64,000 nt of DNA from assembly GCF_009914755.1 (NCBI RefSeq), contig NC_060944.1, one strand, 5' to 3'. The notes below the pieces were generated by a model. The model saw nothing but the letters and a program-made list of their open reading frames with translations, was not told the DNA's origin and did not search any database. Both the position numbers and the translations under genes were made by a program. This DNA is from the human T2T-CHM13v2.0 reference genome, Homo sapiens. Position 1 is the stretch's first letter; every line of letters starts with the position of its first letter. Below, in pieces: positions 17,030 through 36,099 of this stretch.

Positions 17030-17800
17030 ATTTTTTTTTGTTTAATGGAATGCATTTTTACATTTTTAAATAATTTCAAATTTACACAAAGTTTGCAAGT
17101 ATAGTACAGAGACTCATAAGATGTCAGTTATCCAGATTAACACATTTTAACATTTTACCATATTTGTTTTATTTCTCTTTTTTACCTCTCACTCCACACA
17201 CAACACGTGCACACATGCTCATGTGCACACACACACACTTTTTTCTAAACCATTGGACAGTAAGTTGCATGAGTCACGCCTCTTTACCACTCAATACTTT
17301 AGTGTTTGCTTCTTAAGAACAAGGACATATTTTTACATCATCACAATCCAGTTACCAAATTCAGGAAATTTAACATTGATGCAATACTTTAATCTGTTGC
17401 CCGTATTTCAGTTTTTCCAATTATCCCAATAATGTCATTTACAGCATTTTTTTTCAGTTAAGCATCCAACTGAGGATCATTTATTGAATTGAGTTGTCAC
17501 TTCTGTTTAGAGACTCCTTCACTCTGAAATGTATCCTTAGCTTTTGTTGCCTTTTAAGACCTTTACGTTTTTAGAGCATGCAGGCCAATCATTTTTGTAG
17601 AGTGACCCTCAGTTTAGGTTTGTCTGATGCTCCTCACAGTAGATTCATGTTTTGCACCCGTGGCAGGAATGCCCCAGAGTGATGCGGTGGCCTCCTCAGT
17701 CCCGGATATCAGGAGGCACATGTGGCAGGTTTGTTTTATTCCTGGTGACACCAGCTCCAATAGTTTAGTTAAGATGGTGGTGTCCACCAAGTTTCTCTGC
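17030..17800 (-). mobile_element. Old L1 (L1MC/ME-like) 3'UTR
   Basis: ataatttcaaatttacacaaagtttgcaagtatagtacagaga antisense L1M signature. Confidence 0.6.
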
Positions 17801-18790
17801 AGTGGGAGAATTTTAAGAGTTGTGGTTTGTCTAAAACTGAGAGATGAATCAAACTGGGAGGGTATTTAGACTTTGCTGGATGATGGCCCCAAAGCTGCTC
17901 TGAAAATGCTGTGCAGCTGGGTGAGCCGGCCTGCTCTCTGAACTGCAAGGCGTTTTCGTGGGACAAGAAAGGGCAGCATCAGCAGCCTGTTCTGTGGCTG
18001 GGGCTGCAAAAGCCATCAGTGTCGTCATGTCTGGTGTGGGGCATGCTGGTGCACAAAGAGCCGAACCAAGCTCCACAGCAGGAACTGACACCAAGCCAGG
18101 CCCCAAGGAGGCCTGTGAGTGTGGCCAGTTCCCTGCTTTGGTGACGTGATATTTATGCACCACGGCTCTTCTGAGGTTTCTCCAACTTTCCCATATAAAA
18201 TGAAGATGGCCTTTCTTCTGAGCCAGGGATGCCCAAGTGGCAGGCCACAAACCACGCATCGCCTGACCCAGGCTGGGGCAGCAGCGTCTCGGAGAAAAAC
18301 AGGAAATTGGGACATACGCGCTTTCCACCGCCTGGCTACGTTATGAGTTTCTTAGTGGTTCCATGTGGCTTGAGTAACAGGGTAATTTTCCTTAATGCAG
18401 TAAAATACCCAAAGGAATGAAGATGTATTTTATTGGACAACGTTTTATTTTAGTAAATTATTTAGTGTCCAGCACTGTTTGAAGTACTCTTACAGATTCG
18501 CTCCTGAATTCATACCACACACTTTCACTGGGCCAGGAAACACGTGAAATGAGCAGGGCAGGTCTTAGGGTTTCATCCGGGTTTTATGATATGCTGGGCA
18601 GACCGTGAACATTCGACAACAGGCCGTGCTCCATCCTGTAGGGGCACACAGCCTATGTGAGATAAACAGACAGCTATAATCATGATGTTGTGGAGGCTGT
18701 CAGAGGGACCTTGGGGACCCAGAAAGGGGAAGGGCTGATAATGGGAATAGGTAATGAAGGGAAGCTAGCACAGAGATGATCTCTAACCTA

Positions 18791-19121
<331 letters not shown>

Positions 19122-19646
19122 AGTGTTCACCAGGTGGTGAGGCATTTTAAACAGAGACTGAGTGATGTATACAGAAACACGCAGGGTGGATGAGTCTGCA
19201 CTGAAGAGAGGGATTAGAAATGCAAATAAAGGTTTGAATGAAATTGATGAAGACCATATACGCTGTGGCAGAGTTTGGACTGATGTCAGGGCCACCTTGA
19301 TTAGATTTTGTGTTTTAGGCAGGATTTCCCAAACTTGAGAGGAAGGGTTTCTGGGGAACAAGACCCTCACTATTCCTTCAGAGGTTACTGACTTTTGTGA
19401 CATGGTGAGGTGGGGAGACGAAGCCACGTCATCACTGGCCACACTGAAGATGGGTTAGCACTGACCCCAGGGAAGGGCCAAACCAAGAGATAGAAAAAGC
19501 TGGGGAAATGGGGCCTGGTTGAATTGTGGAGCTGCTGGATTGGCCCATGCCACTCCATGAAGCCTCCACCCTCACCCTGGACTTTAGGCCATCCCTTAAT
19601 CACTTTTACTGCTTAGAGATTTTTAAGCTTTTATTTTGTTCTTGGG

Positions 19647-19809
19647 TTTTTTTTTTTGAGAGACAGGGTCTCGCTCTGGGGCCCAAGCTGGAGTGCAGTG
19701 GTGCAATCACAGCTACTGCAGCCTCAAACTCCTAGACTCAAGTGATGCTCCCACCTCAGCCTCCCAAGTAGCTGGGAATACAGGTGTGCACCACCATGCC
19801 TGGCTAATT

Positions 19810-19856
<47 letters not shown>

Positions 19857-19971
19857 TTGTAGAGAAGGGGGTTCGCTATGTTGCCCAGATGACAGTGCTG
19901 GACCCAAGCAATTCTCCCGCCTGGGCGTCCCAAAGCATTGGGATTACAGGCGTGAGCCACCTCACGGGGCC
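19647..19971 (-). mobile_element. Alu (AluJ-like) with (TTTA)n in the linker
   Basis: Antisense dimer. Confidence 0.92.
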
Positions 19972-19974
19972 AAG

Positions 19975-21010
<1,036 letters not shown>

Positions 21011-21994
21011 TGTTATTATTTATCTTCAAGCCAATTTGAATGGGGTTTTCTGTTACTTCCAACATAAAAATTCCTAGCTGATTCAAGGGCTCATTTGTAT
21101 TGCAGGATTGATTGCTGATTACCATGGAGAAGCAGGCAAGGGATTATGAAGAGAAAGACAGGAGGGATATCTTAAAAGCTTTCATTGTGGTCTGATGGGA
21201 GCAGATCTGGACCAAGGCACATGGGGATCCTAAGAGGACTAATTCATTTGGTGACACTTCTTTTTCTTTGAATTTATTTTGCAAGAGCTGAACAACAACA
21301 AAAATGATACTCTCGCCAGGTAGGTGGCTCACATCTGTAATCTTACTTTGGGAGGCCAAGACGGGGCTTCACTTTGAAGCCAGGAGTTTGAGACCACCCT
21401 GAGCAACAAATTGACACCCAGCTGAAGCTTCATCTCATGAGGTATCTTTGGGAGACAGTATATATCGTGCATCTCAGAGATGTCCTACTAAAATGAGGGA
21501 GCAGGGTTGAGGTGAGAAAAATCACTGTTGCTAGTAAATAGCAGTGCATCATGCACTATGCGGTTTCAGAATTTCCTCTTCCTCAGACTGCCAACTTAGG
21601 TCACACATTCTAGCTGTTCTAGGTTGGCTTGTTCTAGGTTTGGCTGGGAGTTAGGGCATGCATTGCCACGTGTCAAAATACTCAACAAAGATAGATCAGT
21701 GCTAGTGAGGATTGTTTCCTATCTCCACTTCTGTGGGGTCTCTACTCTGAAGGAGGTAGAACCAATGTACGCATCGCGGCTTCTCTAAGGAATCATAGGC
21801 AGGAACTCTGCCTAACAGGGACTATATTTCCAGTTAAAAATGCTGAAATGGATCCCCAGTTTATTTCAATGATGTTTATGAGAAGGACGCTAAGATTTAG
21901 GAATTGTGGACTCTTAAGTTATTTCACTGGTTCAATAATGGAGTTAGATCATTATGGGGGCAGTGCTCAGGGAAAAGCCCATGAACAGGGTGGG

Positions 21995-22356
21995 TGATAT
22001 GGTTAGGCTTCGTGTCCCCACTCAAATCTCATCTTGAATTGTAATCCCCAGGTGTTGAAGGAGGGAGCTGGTGGGAGGTTATTGGATCATGGGGGCAGTT
22101 TCCCCCATGCCTAGTGATAGTAACTGAGTGCTCACGAGATCTGATGGTTTTATAAGAGTTCAGAAGTTCCTCCTTTTTCACTCGTCTCTCTCCTGCTGCC
22201 TTGTGAAGAAGGTGCTTGCTTCCCCTTCCACTATGATTGTAAGTTGCCTGAAACCTCCTCAGCCATGAGGAACTGTAAGTCAATTAAACCTCTTTCCTTT
22301 ATAAATGACCCAGTTTCAGGAAGTTCTGTATAATAGTGTGAGAATGGACTAATACC
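21995..22356 (+). mobile_element. MaLR solo LTR (THE1D/MSTA-like)
   Basis: tgatatggtt...ccccactcaaatctcatcttgaattgtaatcccc...ggactaatac; 5-bp TSD gtggg/atggg. Confidence 0.88.
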
Positions 22357-22789
22357 ATGGGCTTGAGCTAGTCTTTGAAGAATAGGCAGAATTTGGATAT
22401 ACGAAGTAGGGAAGGTGTGGGGGCACTGGTCCAAATGCAAAGGTGGGAGTGGGGATAAAATATGGATAAGATGCATGTGCGATTGTACCTCGCTCACTTC
22501 CTCCTACCATACACTCCTATGCACGTCTTACTGCAACTTTCTGCCTGGCCGTCTGAGGGTGCCATCAAGTTAATACGCCCAGGAGCAATTCTCCAACAGT
22601 GACCTACACAACCCAGCTTCCTTGACCTCAAGTGGGACACCCCTGAAGCACACTCACCCCACATCATCTGCACTCCCCTGCAGCATCATGCTCTGGTGGC
22701 CCCCAGCTATACATGTTCAGTCTTAAAGGATAAATATTCTAAAGGTAAAATCATGACATTAATAGAAAACTTTTTAAAAACTACATCAG

Positions 22790-22992
22790 AGTGAAATACT
22801 GGACATTGGAAACTACAAAATGTGGGACGCTGGGTAGGGAGTGAGGGTTGAAAAATTACCCATTGATTATGATGCTCACTATTCAGGTGATGGATATAGC
22901 AGAAGCCCAAACTTCACCACTACACAAAATATGCATGTAAGGTACCTGCACTTGTACTCTCTACATATATTTAATAAATAAATTAATTAAAT
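22790..22992 (+). mobile_element. L1 (L1PB-like) 3' end fragment
   Basis: gagggttgaaaaattaccc...gaagcccaaacttcacc...cctgcacttgtac with A-rich tail. Confidence 0.7.
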
Positions 22993-23104
22993 GTTTTAAA
23001 AACTGCTTAAAATTTTTTAAACTCATTAGTGAATGAGGGAAATGGTAAAATGTCACAACTGATTTAAACATAGACTCAAATAGCACTTACATACAAATAT
23101 ATAA

Positions 23105-23446
<342 letters not shown>

Positions 23447-23454
23447 ACCATGTA

Positions 23455-23665
23455 ACACACTTTTTCTGGAAAGGACCAGATAACATTTTAGGGTTTGCAG
23501 GCCACGTAGTCTCTGTTGCAACTACTCAGTTCTACCACTGTAGCCTGAAACAGCTATAGACTATATGTTAATAAAGGAGTGGTTGCTGGTGTTTCAATGA
23601 AACTTTATTCTCAAAAGCACATGGTAGGTGCATTTGGCCTAGAGACCTTCTTTGCAGACCCCTGA
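23455..23665. mobile_element. MER58A-like hAT MITE
   Basis: gcaggccacgtagtctctgttgcaactactcag...tttgcagacccctg. Confidence 0.7.
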
Positions 23666-23831
23666 TACAGGCAATTAAGAACCCTGAAATTGCTTTACAA
23701 GTGGATGCAAAACTGGTCAATATCCACAGGGCACTAATCAAGTGCATCTCCATAGAACCGAATTTGCATCTCTGTGGGCAACATTCATCTGCATTATTAT
23801 GAGTTTTCTACAATTTACAGAATTGAAAATA

Positions 23832-24478
23832 CAGTTGATCCTCATTATTTGTGAATTCTGTATTTGCAAATTTGCCTTCTTGCTAAAATTTATTTGTGAC
23901 TCCCAAATCAATAATCATGGTGCTTTTGTGGTCATTCGTGCACATACACAGAGGAGCAAAAATTTAAATCACCTGGCACATTCCCAGCTGAGGATGAATG
24001 AAGCTCTACCTTCTTGTTTCAGCTCTCATACTGTAAACAAGTGTCCTTTTTGATGTCTATTTAGTGCTGCCTTTTTCACATTTTGGTGTGTGTGTGTGTG
24101 TGTGTGTTTGTGTGTGTTGGTTATTTCACTGCTTTAAGAGGCCCCTAAAGTAAATGCCAAACAACTGTTTAAGGGCAAGAAGGCTGTGATGGAGAAAATG
24201 TGAATGTTAGATAAACTCTGTTCAGGCTTGAGTTATAGTGCTGTTGACTATGACTTCAGTGTCAATGACTCAACATTACATATTAAATAAGGTGGTTTTA
24301 ACTAGAAACACACATAAAGCAAGGTTATGGATTGATCTGTTAATGAAAATGCTGTGACCAGGGGCTAGCAGGAACCTAAACTGGTATTTCCCCTAGGAAC
24401 AATGGTTCAGTGTTGGCTAATTCACGGTTGGTGATGACTTTACAGAACTTAATACCATGAAGTACAACAATTGATTGT
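23832..24478. mobile_element. MER82-like Tigger element
   Basis: Starts ta-cagttgatcctcattatttgtgaattctgtatttgc, matching recalled MER82. Confidence 0.7.
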
Positions 24479-24831
24479 GGCTCAAAGAAAGACAGTGAAA
24501 GGTGGAGCTAACCCAGAAGGGTGCTCAAGACAGCACACCCCGTCATTATCTCATAATGCTTCCTGGTGTCAGTAATGCACCTTTCTTTGGCTGCCTTCTC
24601 TTCCCTGACTCCCTCACAGTACCTGTCTCCTTCCCTACAGTGTTTCCTGTGACTACCTCTGAAGGAAACAACTTGCACAGCAATGCTTCTCTCAGAGTTG
24701 GCTTCCAGGGGAATGGAGACTAAGACAGGTTACACTGAGCAGAGGAGTGTAATGAGAGTTGAGGGTGTAGAGACATAATTAGCAACTGAGATTGAATAGT
24801 TGAGTTGGTTGCAGAGCAGAAGGGGCCCTAA

Positions 24832-25650
<819 letters not shown>

Positions 25651-26643
25651 AAACTTTTTTTAATAAATAAAAAATGGGTTGCAAACAGGGAAGCAGAATG
25701 CTGGTGCAGGCCTGCAGGATGGAATGAAACAGACACAGACAGTGGTGATGCAGACATTTAAATCACTCAACACGTTCCCAGCAGAATGTGTCCTTTGGTG
25801 TGGGCCTGCAGGATGGAATGAAGCAGAGACAGACAGTGGGGATGCACAGACATTTAAAGAGCTGCTGAAGCCATTAGGGTCGGCGCAGTCCAAGGCCTGA
25901 GTGAGTGCAGAGGATGGGAAGGAAGATGAGTGACGTTTCAGCCAGAAGATTCAGCAGAACTGCAGAGTGACTGATGTGAGGAGGAAAGTAAGGGCACAGC
26001 CGGGGTCCCTCCCTCTGAGGCTTTGAGCCTGGGGTTGTCATTAACAGAAGAGGGAGCGAGGACTTCAGGGGAACGGAATGTGAAGTGGAAAGTCTGCACT
26101 GGAAGCTAAATTTCAGAGAGAGAAACCAAAAATGACTGCTTCTCGTACTTTTTTCTAGACAGATATTTCTGAGTATAGGAAAAGAGGAAGCAGACTCCAC
26201 AAACCCTTGGCTTTTGTTTTTGTTTTATTTTTATTTGATCCAGGCAAAGTAAGTAGTTGCAATCCAGAAATAATGCACAGCTCTGCCAACTGAAAGATCT
26301 GACTTCTATCCTCTGGTTTATCTTCAGGTCGTATAAATCTTTTGCCTTCGACTGAAAGATTTGATTTCTGTCTACTCTCTGTGTATACCCCAATGAGATA
26401 ATAAAGGGGTAGACTATAATTCAAAAAAAGGGAAGAGGAGAGAAAAGGAAAGACTCCTAACTAAGAGAATAGGGCTTAACTGGAAAATAGGGCCTATGGA
26501 GAAAGCCTTGGTTAAAATGGAAGCTTCCAGATGTAGGGAGGGCTCATGTAGAGAGAGGTGCCACACAGACTATGATGGCATAACAGACAGGCGAAATGGG
26601 GTATGTGAGTAAAAGCCCTTTATAAATCAAAATACCACATACC

Positions 26644-26960
26644 GGCTGGGTGCTGTGGCTCACGCCTGGAATCCCAGCACTTTGGGAGGCTGAGGCAGGC
26701 AGATCACTTGAGATCAGGAGTTCAAGACCAGCCTGGCAAACATGGTGAAATCCTGTCTCTACTAAAAATACAAAAATTATCTGGGTGTGGTGGCGGGTGC
26801 GTGTAATTCCAGCTACTCAGGAGGCTGAGGCAGGAGAATCGCTTGAACCCAGCGGGGCGGAGGTTGCAGTGAGCTGAGATCTCACCACTGCACTCCAGCC
26901 TGGGCAATAGAGACTCCATCTCAAAAAAAAAAAAACAAAAAACAAACAAACAAAAAAAAC
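26644..26960 (+). mobile_element. Alu (AluS-like)
   Basis: Full dimer; accacatacc TSD. Confidence 0.95.
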
Positions 26961-27758
26961 AACCACATACCAAGTGTACTGGGGCATTCATTCTTTTACA
27001 GCCAGACCCACCCATTTGGATTAGGCCAGTCAGGACTGCGAAGAGGTCAGTTTGGCCCAGTTTGCTTTACTGATTTCAGCAAAAGCACTTACAGCCTTCT
27101 GGAGGAGAGTAAGAAGATAAGGTCTTCAGGAAGATAAAAGCATTAACTTCTAACCTTCCCCCTTGCTGGAGATGCTGTTACAACCACCCAAAGAGAGGGA
27201 TGCCTTGTTTTACCAAGAAACTCAGCTTCTGGGTGATTCTCAGGCATGTTATCTGTTTTCCTATTATCTGCAGTAACTCGAGGTCAATGGATGCTGATTG
27301 CAGAGGGTTCATAACATTACCCCAGCCCCAGAGAAAGTGTGCATATCTCAGACACAAGGCAGAAGTATTTTTCAGTGCTTACTGGATGTGTTTTGACTCC
27401 CAAGAGAAGAATGTTTGGAGGGGAAAGGCATCTGGTTTGGAACTGAGAGCGAGGTTTCAGAAGTCTAAGACAGTGGGTCCATAGTGCAGGGTTATAGTGT
27501 TGTAGACTCACCCCGTGAAAGAGCCATAAGGCAGAGGAAGGAGCACAAGAGCCAGGATGCTTCTCAGGAGAGAGTCTGACCTCTTTGCTGGAATTCAGAG
27601 CTAGAGAGAAATTAGGTTGCAATAGGGCTGTTGAACCTAAGCCCACCTGCTTTCTGCAAGTGCCACAAGGATGTAACTAGGCCCACACAGGACCGAACCT
27701 TATACTTTTGCAAACCAGGATTGGATGGAGGGTGGGAGAGGACTAAAAGCAGTGGTGG

Positions 27759-28050
<292 letters not shown>

Positions 28051-29992
28051 ATAGTAGCGGAAGCTGTGTCCATTCTGTTGTGAGCCCTAAGATGATCCTA
28101 CCTGCCACCCAATAGTCCCCTAACACCTGAGATATGCACTTTGTCCTATCCTAGCCTCACCCCTCCTCGTGGAAGGAGAAGTTTTTGGAGCAAACAAGTT
28201 GTGCCAGTCTTGGGCCCACATCCCCTCCCTGCCTCACCCATGCTCCCAATGCCCAAAGCTCTGGAATCTCTTCCCGCGTGGCCCAAGCCTGCTTCCACTG
28301 CTTGGCAGGATGTCTCCCAAGCCCCTGGGCCCATGGGCTGACTCTGCTCCTGGAGTAGCATCCATAGGCTGAAAAGTGTGGGAGGGAATAAAGGATGCAC
28401 AGCACTTGGACATGAAGGATGGGGTATCCACAGAGCTATTGGAGGGAGAAGAGGTGTAACAAACCAGGGTCACCCCATGTCCCCATGTTCAGGGACAAAA
28501 CACGGACGAGTCTGAGAATTTTAAATTTAAACCAGGTTTCCCAAGTCCTCGTAAAGGCACATTTGTCGTGGTAGGAGAATAGAACATACTTTAGTTAACA
28601 GTTTGTTCTCTTGATGTATAATTTTTTTAATATTCAGACATAAAGTATAAGTGAACTTCCATCTGTCCTCTTGCCTCAGTCCCTGAAAATGCCAGTGTCC
28701 ACCCAGCATCCTCATGGGTGGCACGAAAACCCAGACACAGGCAATGATGCTGTCTCTACTGTCAACTCAGACCATCCATCCATGGGCCCACTCGACCCTC
28801 CGTGCTTTACTGTTTTCCATAATCTAATTCTTTTGCTATCATTATGACTCAAAGCAGTCTCTCTTGGACATGAGTTTGTACCCACCCTCAAATAGTCTCA
28901 ATGGATAAGAGGTAATCCTGCTTCCTCCCCTGTACCTTGGGCTCCATGCTAACCACACCTGCCCTGTCTGGCCCCACTGCCAGAGGAAGGAGTCAGACGT
29001 CTGAACAAGAGGATGGGGTGAGGTAGAACATTGAGAGGAAAACCCTAAGCTTCAGAGAACCTGCAGAGCCTAGCAGAAATTATTTGGTAGTTGCAAATAG
29101 TGCAAAACTGAATAATAGGAAACTGGATTTGTGAAATATCCTATGTCCTTGTCACTCCTAACAAAAGACATGAATGCCATTGGTCAGCCAAGACAGACTT
29201 TTAAACATGCCTGAACTTCTGAGGCACAATTGCTGCCACCAAAACCACCTTTCTGGTGATGGCAACAGATATCTCTGAGAGCATTACATGGATTTTTATG
29301 ACTCTTTCATAGACACACAAAATACTAAGTTATTTTGGAGAACTGTTACTTTCTTTATGCTTTTCCCTTGCTAATTTCTGGAGTCTGGTTGTGTGATGGT
29401 ATTAAATATTAATACCTGTTATCGGCACATTTACTATGTTTAGAAGGTGTCATGGTATGTTGTTATTTTGATATTAGACACTGTGCTTCCGCTGACTGTC
29501 CACATGGAATCCGTGGGCTTACAAGGAAGACATTCTTCAGAGGAGGCTATCTGTTCTCCGGCCCACTTCCTAAGAGAAAGCATGGAAATTTTAAGGCTCT
29601 AATCCTACAACACATGGATGCAAGGACATGCACAAACACACAGCGTGGTCAATTTGCTTCACTGGTCGATATATTTCACTGGGAGTTTAGCACGTGTTTC
29701 CGTGGACTTTTTTCATTGTGTGATCTTCAATGCTGATGTGTTGACTTGGACAAACACCCGGAGACTTCTCTAGAATTCCAATTTGTGCAAAAATGAAAGG
29801 GCTGAGAAACATGATTGGCTAGTGGACTTGTAGAGAATAAAGTAGGTTTGTATGCTATAGAGAGAGGAAAGATCTTCAGATCATAGAACTCTGTAAGAAA
29901 AATCCAACCACAGAGAGAACACATGGACTCCCTAAACTCTTTCATTTCTTTGGTATTTCAAAGTGGTATCAAAAAATATGTATTTTTTTCCA

Positions 29993-30687
<695 letters not shown>

Positions 30688-31587
30688 GAGAAAGTCATTC
30701 TTTAAAAACCCTTCTCTTTAGCCTAGATGACTTCCTTGTAAAATCCTATGCACTTACTCATTCGGCAAACATTTACTGAGCACATACGTACCAGGCAGCA
30801 CGTAAGGTATTAAAGACACCACTGTGAACAAGCAGATGAGATCTCTAATGTCTGGTTCCATAAAGGAAGATCTTTTCTTCTTCTCTCTTCAACCTCCATA
30901 GAAATGGAACCCACTAAGTCTAAAATAACAGACCGAACATATGGCTTCCTTTAACTATTCCCGATGGCAGCATTTTACTTGGTTAAGATGAGAGCCAGAA
31001 ATATTTCGTGTCCTACTAGTGACAAATAATGTGGTTTCATGGATAAAGCACTGGTTTCAGTCTAGAGATCTAGTTTCTTACTTTTGCTATCTTTTATTAC
31101 TTAAGTGTATGAAGAATCAAATAAAAGCCACCTCTTCAGAGACCTTGTGGTTTAGAATTAGTGAATTAAATATAGTGGTGACCTGGAATTGGTTCTCCCT
31201 GCTCACTAGAGCTGATTGTTAAAATTTCATGAACTTTCCAAGTCTGTTGATGTCACACTGGTAGCTTGAAACCAGCCATGATGGGAGTATTTACACCACA
31301 AAATAGGCAAATGCTAAAACCCGGGGCTTTTATTTCCCAGAAAGCCAGTTGTTAAACATTTCCCTGCGCATCACTAACTAAAGGGAAGGGTAAACACCCT
31401 GATGGTGAAGGGGAAAGTTTGGAAAGACATCAGCATATACATGGTCAAAATGAAGGAAAAGAAGCAAATTAGTACATGAGATTCCAGGCAAGATGTATCC
31501 TAGAGGCTAATTTATTATATAGGGATGATGTTCCTCTCTTTTTCCTTCATAGCACTGGTTGTCATGACATTTCGACCCAAAACATTG

Positions 31588-31767
31588 TATTTTATTTATT
31601 TATTTTTTAAAAGAGACAGAGCCACTCACAGAGTCACCCAGTCTGGAGTGCAGTGCTGCAATCAGAGCTCACCACAGCCTCAATCTCCTGGACTCAAGAG
31701 ATCCTCCCTCTTTAGCCTCCTGAGTAGCAGCTGGAATTACAGGCATGCACCACCACACCTGGCTAAT
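31588..31767 (-). mobile_element. Alu right-arm fragment
   Basis: Antisense right monomer. Confidence 0.8.
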
Positions 31768-32752
31768 AGACTCAGGACATTTTCATGTAACCCTGTGGAC
31801 TTTGTTTATGTTCTTTACTCCACTAATGACATAGGCTGTTAGTAAACAAAACAAAAAACATTGTAAGAATAAAGAGTATTGTGTTTAGAATTTCAATACT
31901 CCATTGCTGGGCCAAAGAATATTCCTAGAGTTTCTGTGGAATTGCTTCTACTTTCATTATTGACTGTCTAAGAATTACAAAATCACTGGTATTGTAGCCA
32001 TTTCAGAATGAAATGGGTGAAGATGCACTCAACAGAATTTGTGATAGATCCAAACATAAATTGATGAATTTTATCTTGCTTGTAATTTTGGAAAGTGAAA
32101 AAAACTTGGTCTGAGAAAAATGATACTGGTAGAAGAAAACCTGATGACAGCTGTCACTAACTACACCCAGTCACACTTGTTATGATGGAACAAGTGACGG
32201 AAGCATCAGTCTTACAAAATTCGGACATTCCAAATGTAACCCAGGGAATTTGGAACTTCATAGAAATAATGAAAACAGCCAACACCTCACAGGGCAGGAA
32301 TCTTAAACAGTAAAGTTTCACGAAGACAAAAATCTTTTTGATCAATCACGTCTCTTTTACAAAGTTTACAAGGAAAGTATTCATCCCTAAAACTATTTTC
32401 TATAAAATTAAAATTAAATGAATAGCTATATGAAAAAACTGTCATACCACACACAAAATCCAAAGCTGCCAGATTACAACCTCTAATGAAAAATAATCAC
32501 CTACATAGACTCTTTTACCATCATGGACAGAGAGCCTTGGAAAAGAAAGCTCTAAACTCAACTGCTAACAGGTTGATGAGTAGACCCTGAGGAAGTCCCA
32601 GTGTGTGTGGCTTCTTTGTCCATGGGATTCTGTGGATTACGGGCTGAGGTGGCTTATGACACCTCTGCACTGTATTGCATGAAGTTACTGCACACATATG
32701 TTGTGTGACCACTGATCACATGGAGCTTTTCGAGTGAGGAGGTTTGGAAATA

Positions 32753-33087
32753 TTGTTGACCCTTGAACAAAACAGGTTTTCAAACTGCACTAGTCCATGT
32801 ATACACGGGTTTTTTTCAATAAACATATTGGAAAATTCTGGGGGAGATTTGCAACAATTTGAAAAAAACGCACAAGTTGTGTAGCCTAGAAATACTGAAA
32901 AAAATTAAGACAATGCTAGGTATCTTATGAATGCATAGCATACGGGTTAATTGGCTGCTTATGTTATCAGTAAGGCTTCTGATCAATAGTAGGCTATTTG
33001 TAGCTAAGTTTTGGGGGAGTTAAAAGTTGTACTCAGATTTTTGACGGCTCAGAACCCTTACCCCATCCATTGTTCAAGGGTCAACTG
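32753..33087. mobile_element. Tigger2-family MITE
   Basis: TIRs gttgacccttgaacaa ... ttgttcaagggtcaactg, flanked by TA on both sides. Confidence 0.85.
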
Positions 33088-33320
33088 TATGCAGACTTTT
33101 CAATGACCTTGCGGGTAGCCAAGGGGAAGCCACCCCTCTTTCCCTGCTCAATCATATTCCAAGTGAGTTGAGTCCATCAGCCCTGAGGCCTGGGCCACCG
33201 GTGCAGGAGAAGCCATCAGTCAAGAGAGGAATAAGGGATGCCTGCAGGGGTGGCGAAGAGGGATGCCTCAGGAGGCTAATTCTTAAATGGCCCAAGGGGG
33301 AAAATGAGGGCATTGGATAG

Positions 33321-34470
<1,150 letters not shown>

Positions 34471-35244
34471 ACTGTTGTTGAGTAAGGGGGCTGGGAATAC
34501 AGTTCTTTCCATATGACTTCTTTCTTTCTCGTAAATTAGCTTGTCTTTTCAATGGAAAGTTTTCATGACCTTCAAACTTAAAATTTTTTTTTAAAATGAC
34601 TGTTGGGTGAGGGAAAACCTGTGTCAAACAGTGATCCAAGACACTTTAAAAATTTCTTTCAATTCACATAGTTCGAATTGTCAAGTCTGATCCTGGAATA
34701 ACATTTGTCTGTCCAACGTGTAAAATATTGAGTAATACAAAGATAATTATGGAAATATTCAGAGAACTTCCCTGGACCCAGACACAGAGCCACCTCCATT
34801 TCCTCCTACCTCTCTTAGAAAAAAACAAAAAGCATTAAAAGGAGAGATGACCTGTCTCCCTGGGAGCTGGTTAAGCGACCAGGCAAAAAAAGTGAGATGC
34901 ATTTCTTAGATTCGGACTTGACCTGACAGGTCCTCTAGGGTGAGTCACTTTTTCCTATTTCAGTCAATTTGGCTGTAAAATAATTACAATAACGAGGTCT
35001 TGTTTACTGAGACTGAAGTCCGTGCTGCCCGGCCTCATTTAACGGCTAGAAAGAAAAACTGAAGGTTGTGATTAGAAAGCTTCTGTAGCCAACCTCATGC
35101 AGCACGGAGATGAGAATCCAGGACTTGAGTACACTAAGTGTCTATTAAGTCAGAACTGTGAGTAGTGGAATCCAATATAATTGCTTTTGCTGCTTCTTTT
35201 GTGGGTTTGCACTTGTGACCTAAAGTAAATAAAATAGCATAAAA

Positions 35245-35918
<674 letters not shown>

Positions 35919-36099
35919 ATCCTTCCCCCAAAATAGGAAGGTTACATTGGACTAAAGAAATTAAGAGAAGAGGAGAGGAGCGGAGGGGATGGGAAGGGTG
36001 GGGAAGGGACAGTAGAGGTGGGCGGGGAATAGGCGACGGGGGAGGGCAGAGGAGGGAACAGGCCTGTCCTTAATCCTTCTCAAGCTCTGTATCTTGCCA

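Noticed and set aside
17849-18346. Overlapping 60-160 aa ORFs on both strands
   Set aside because: No homology I can recognise and no convincing splice architecture; expected by chance in GC-richer DNA.
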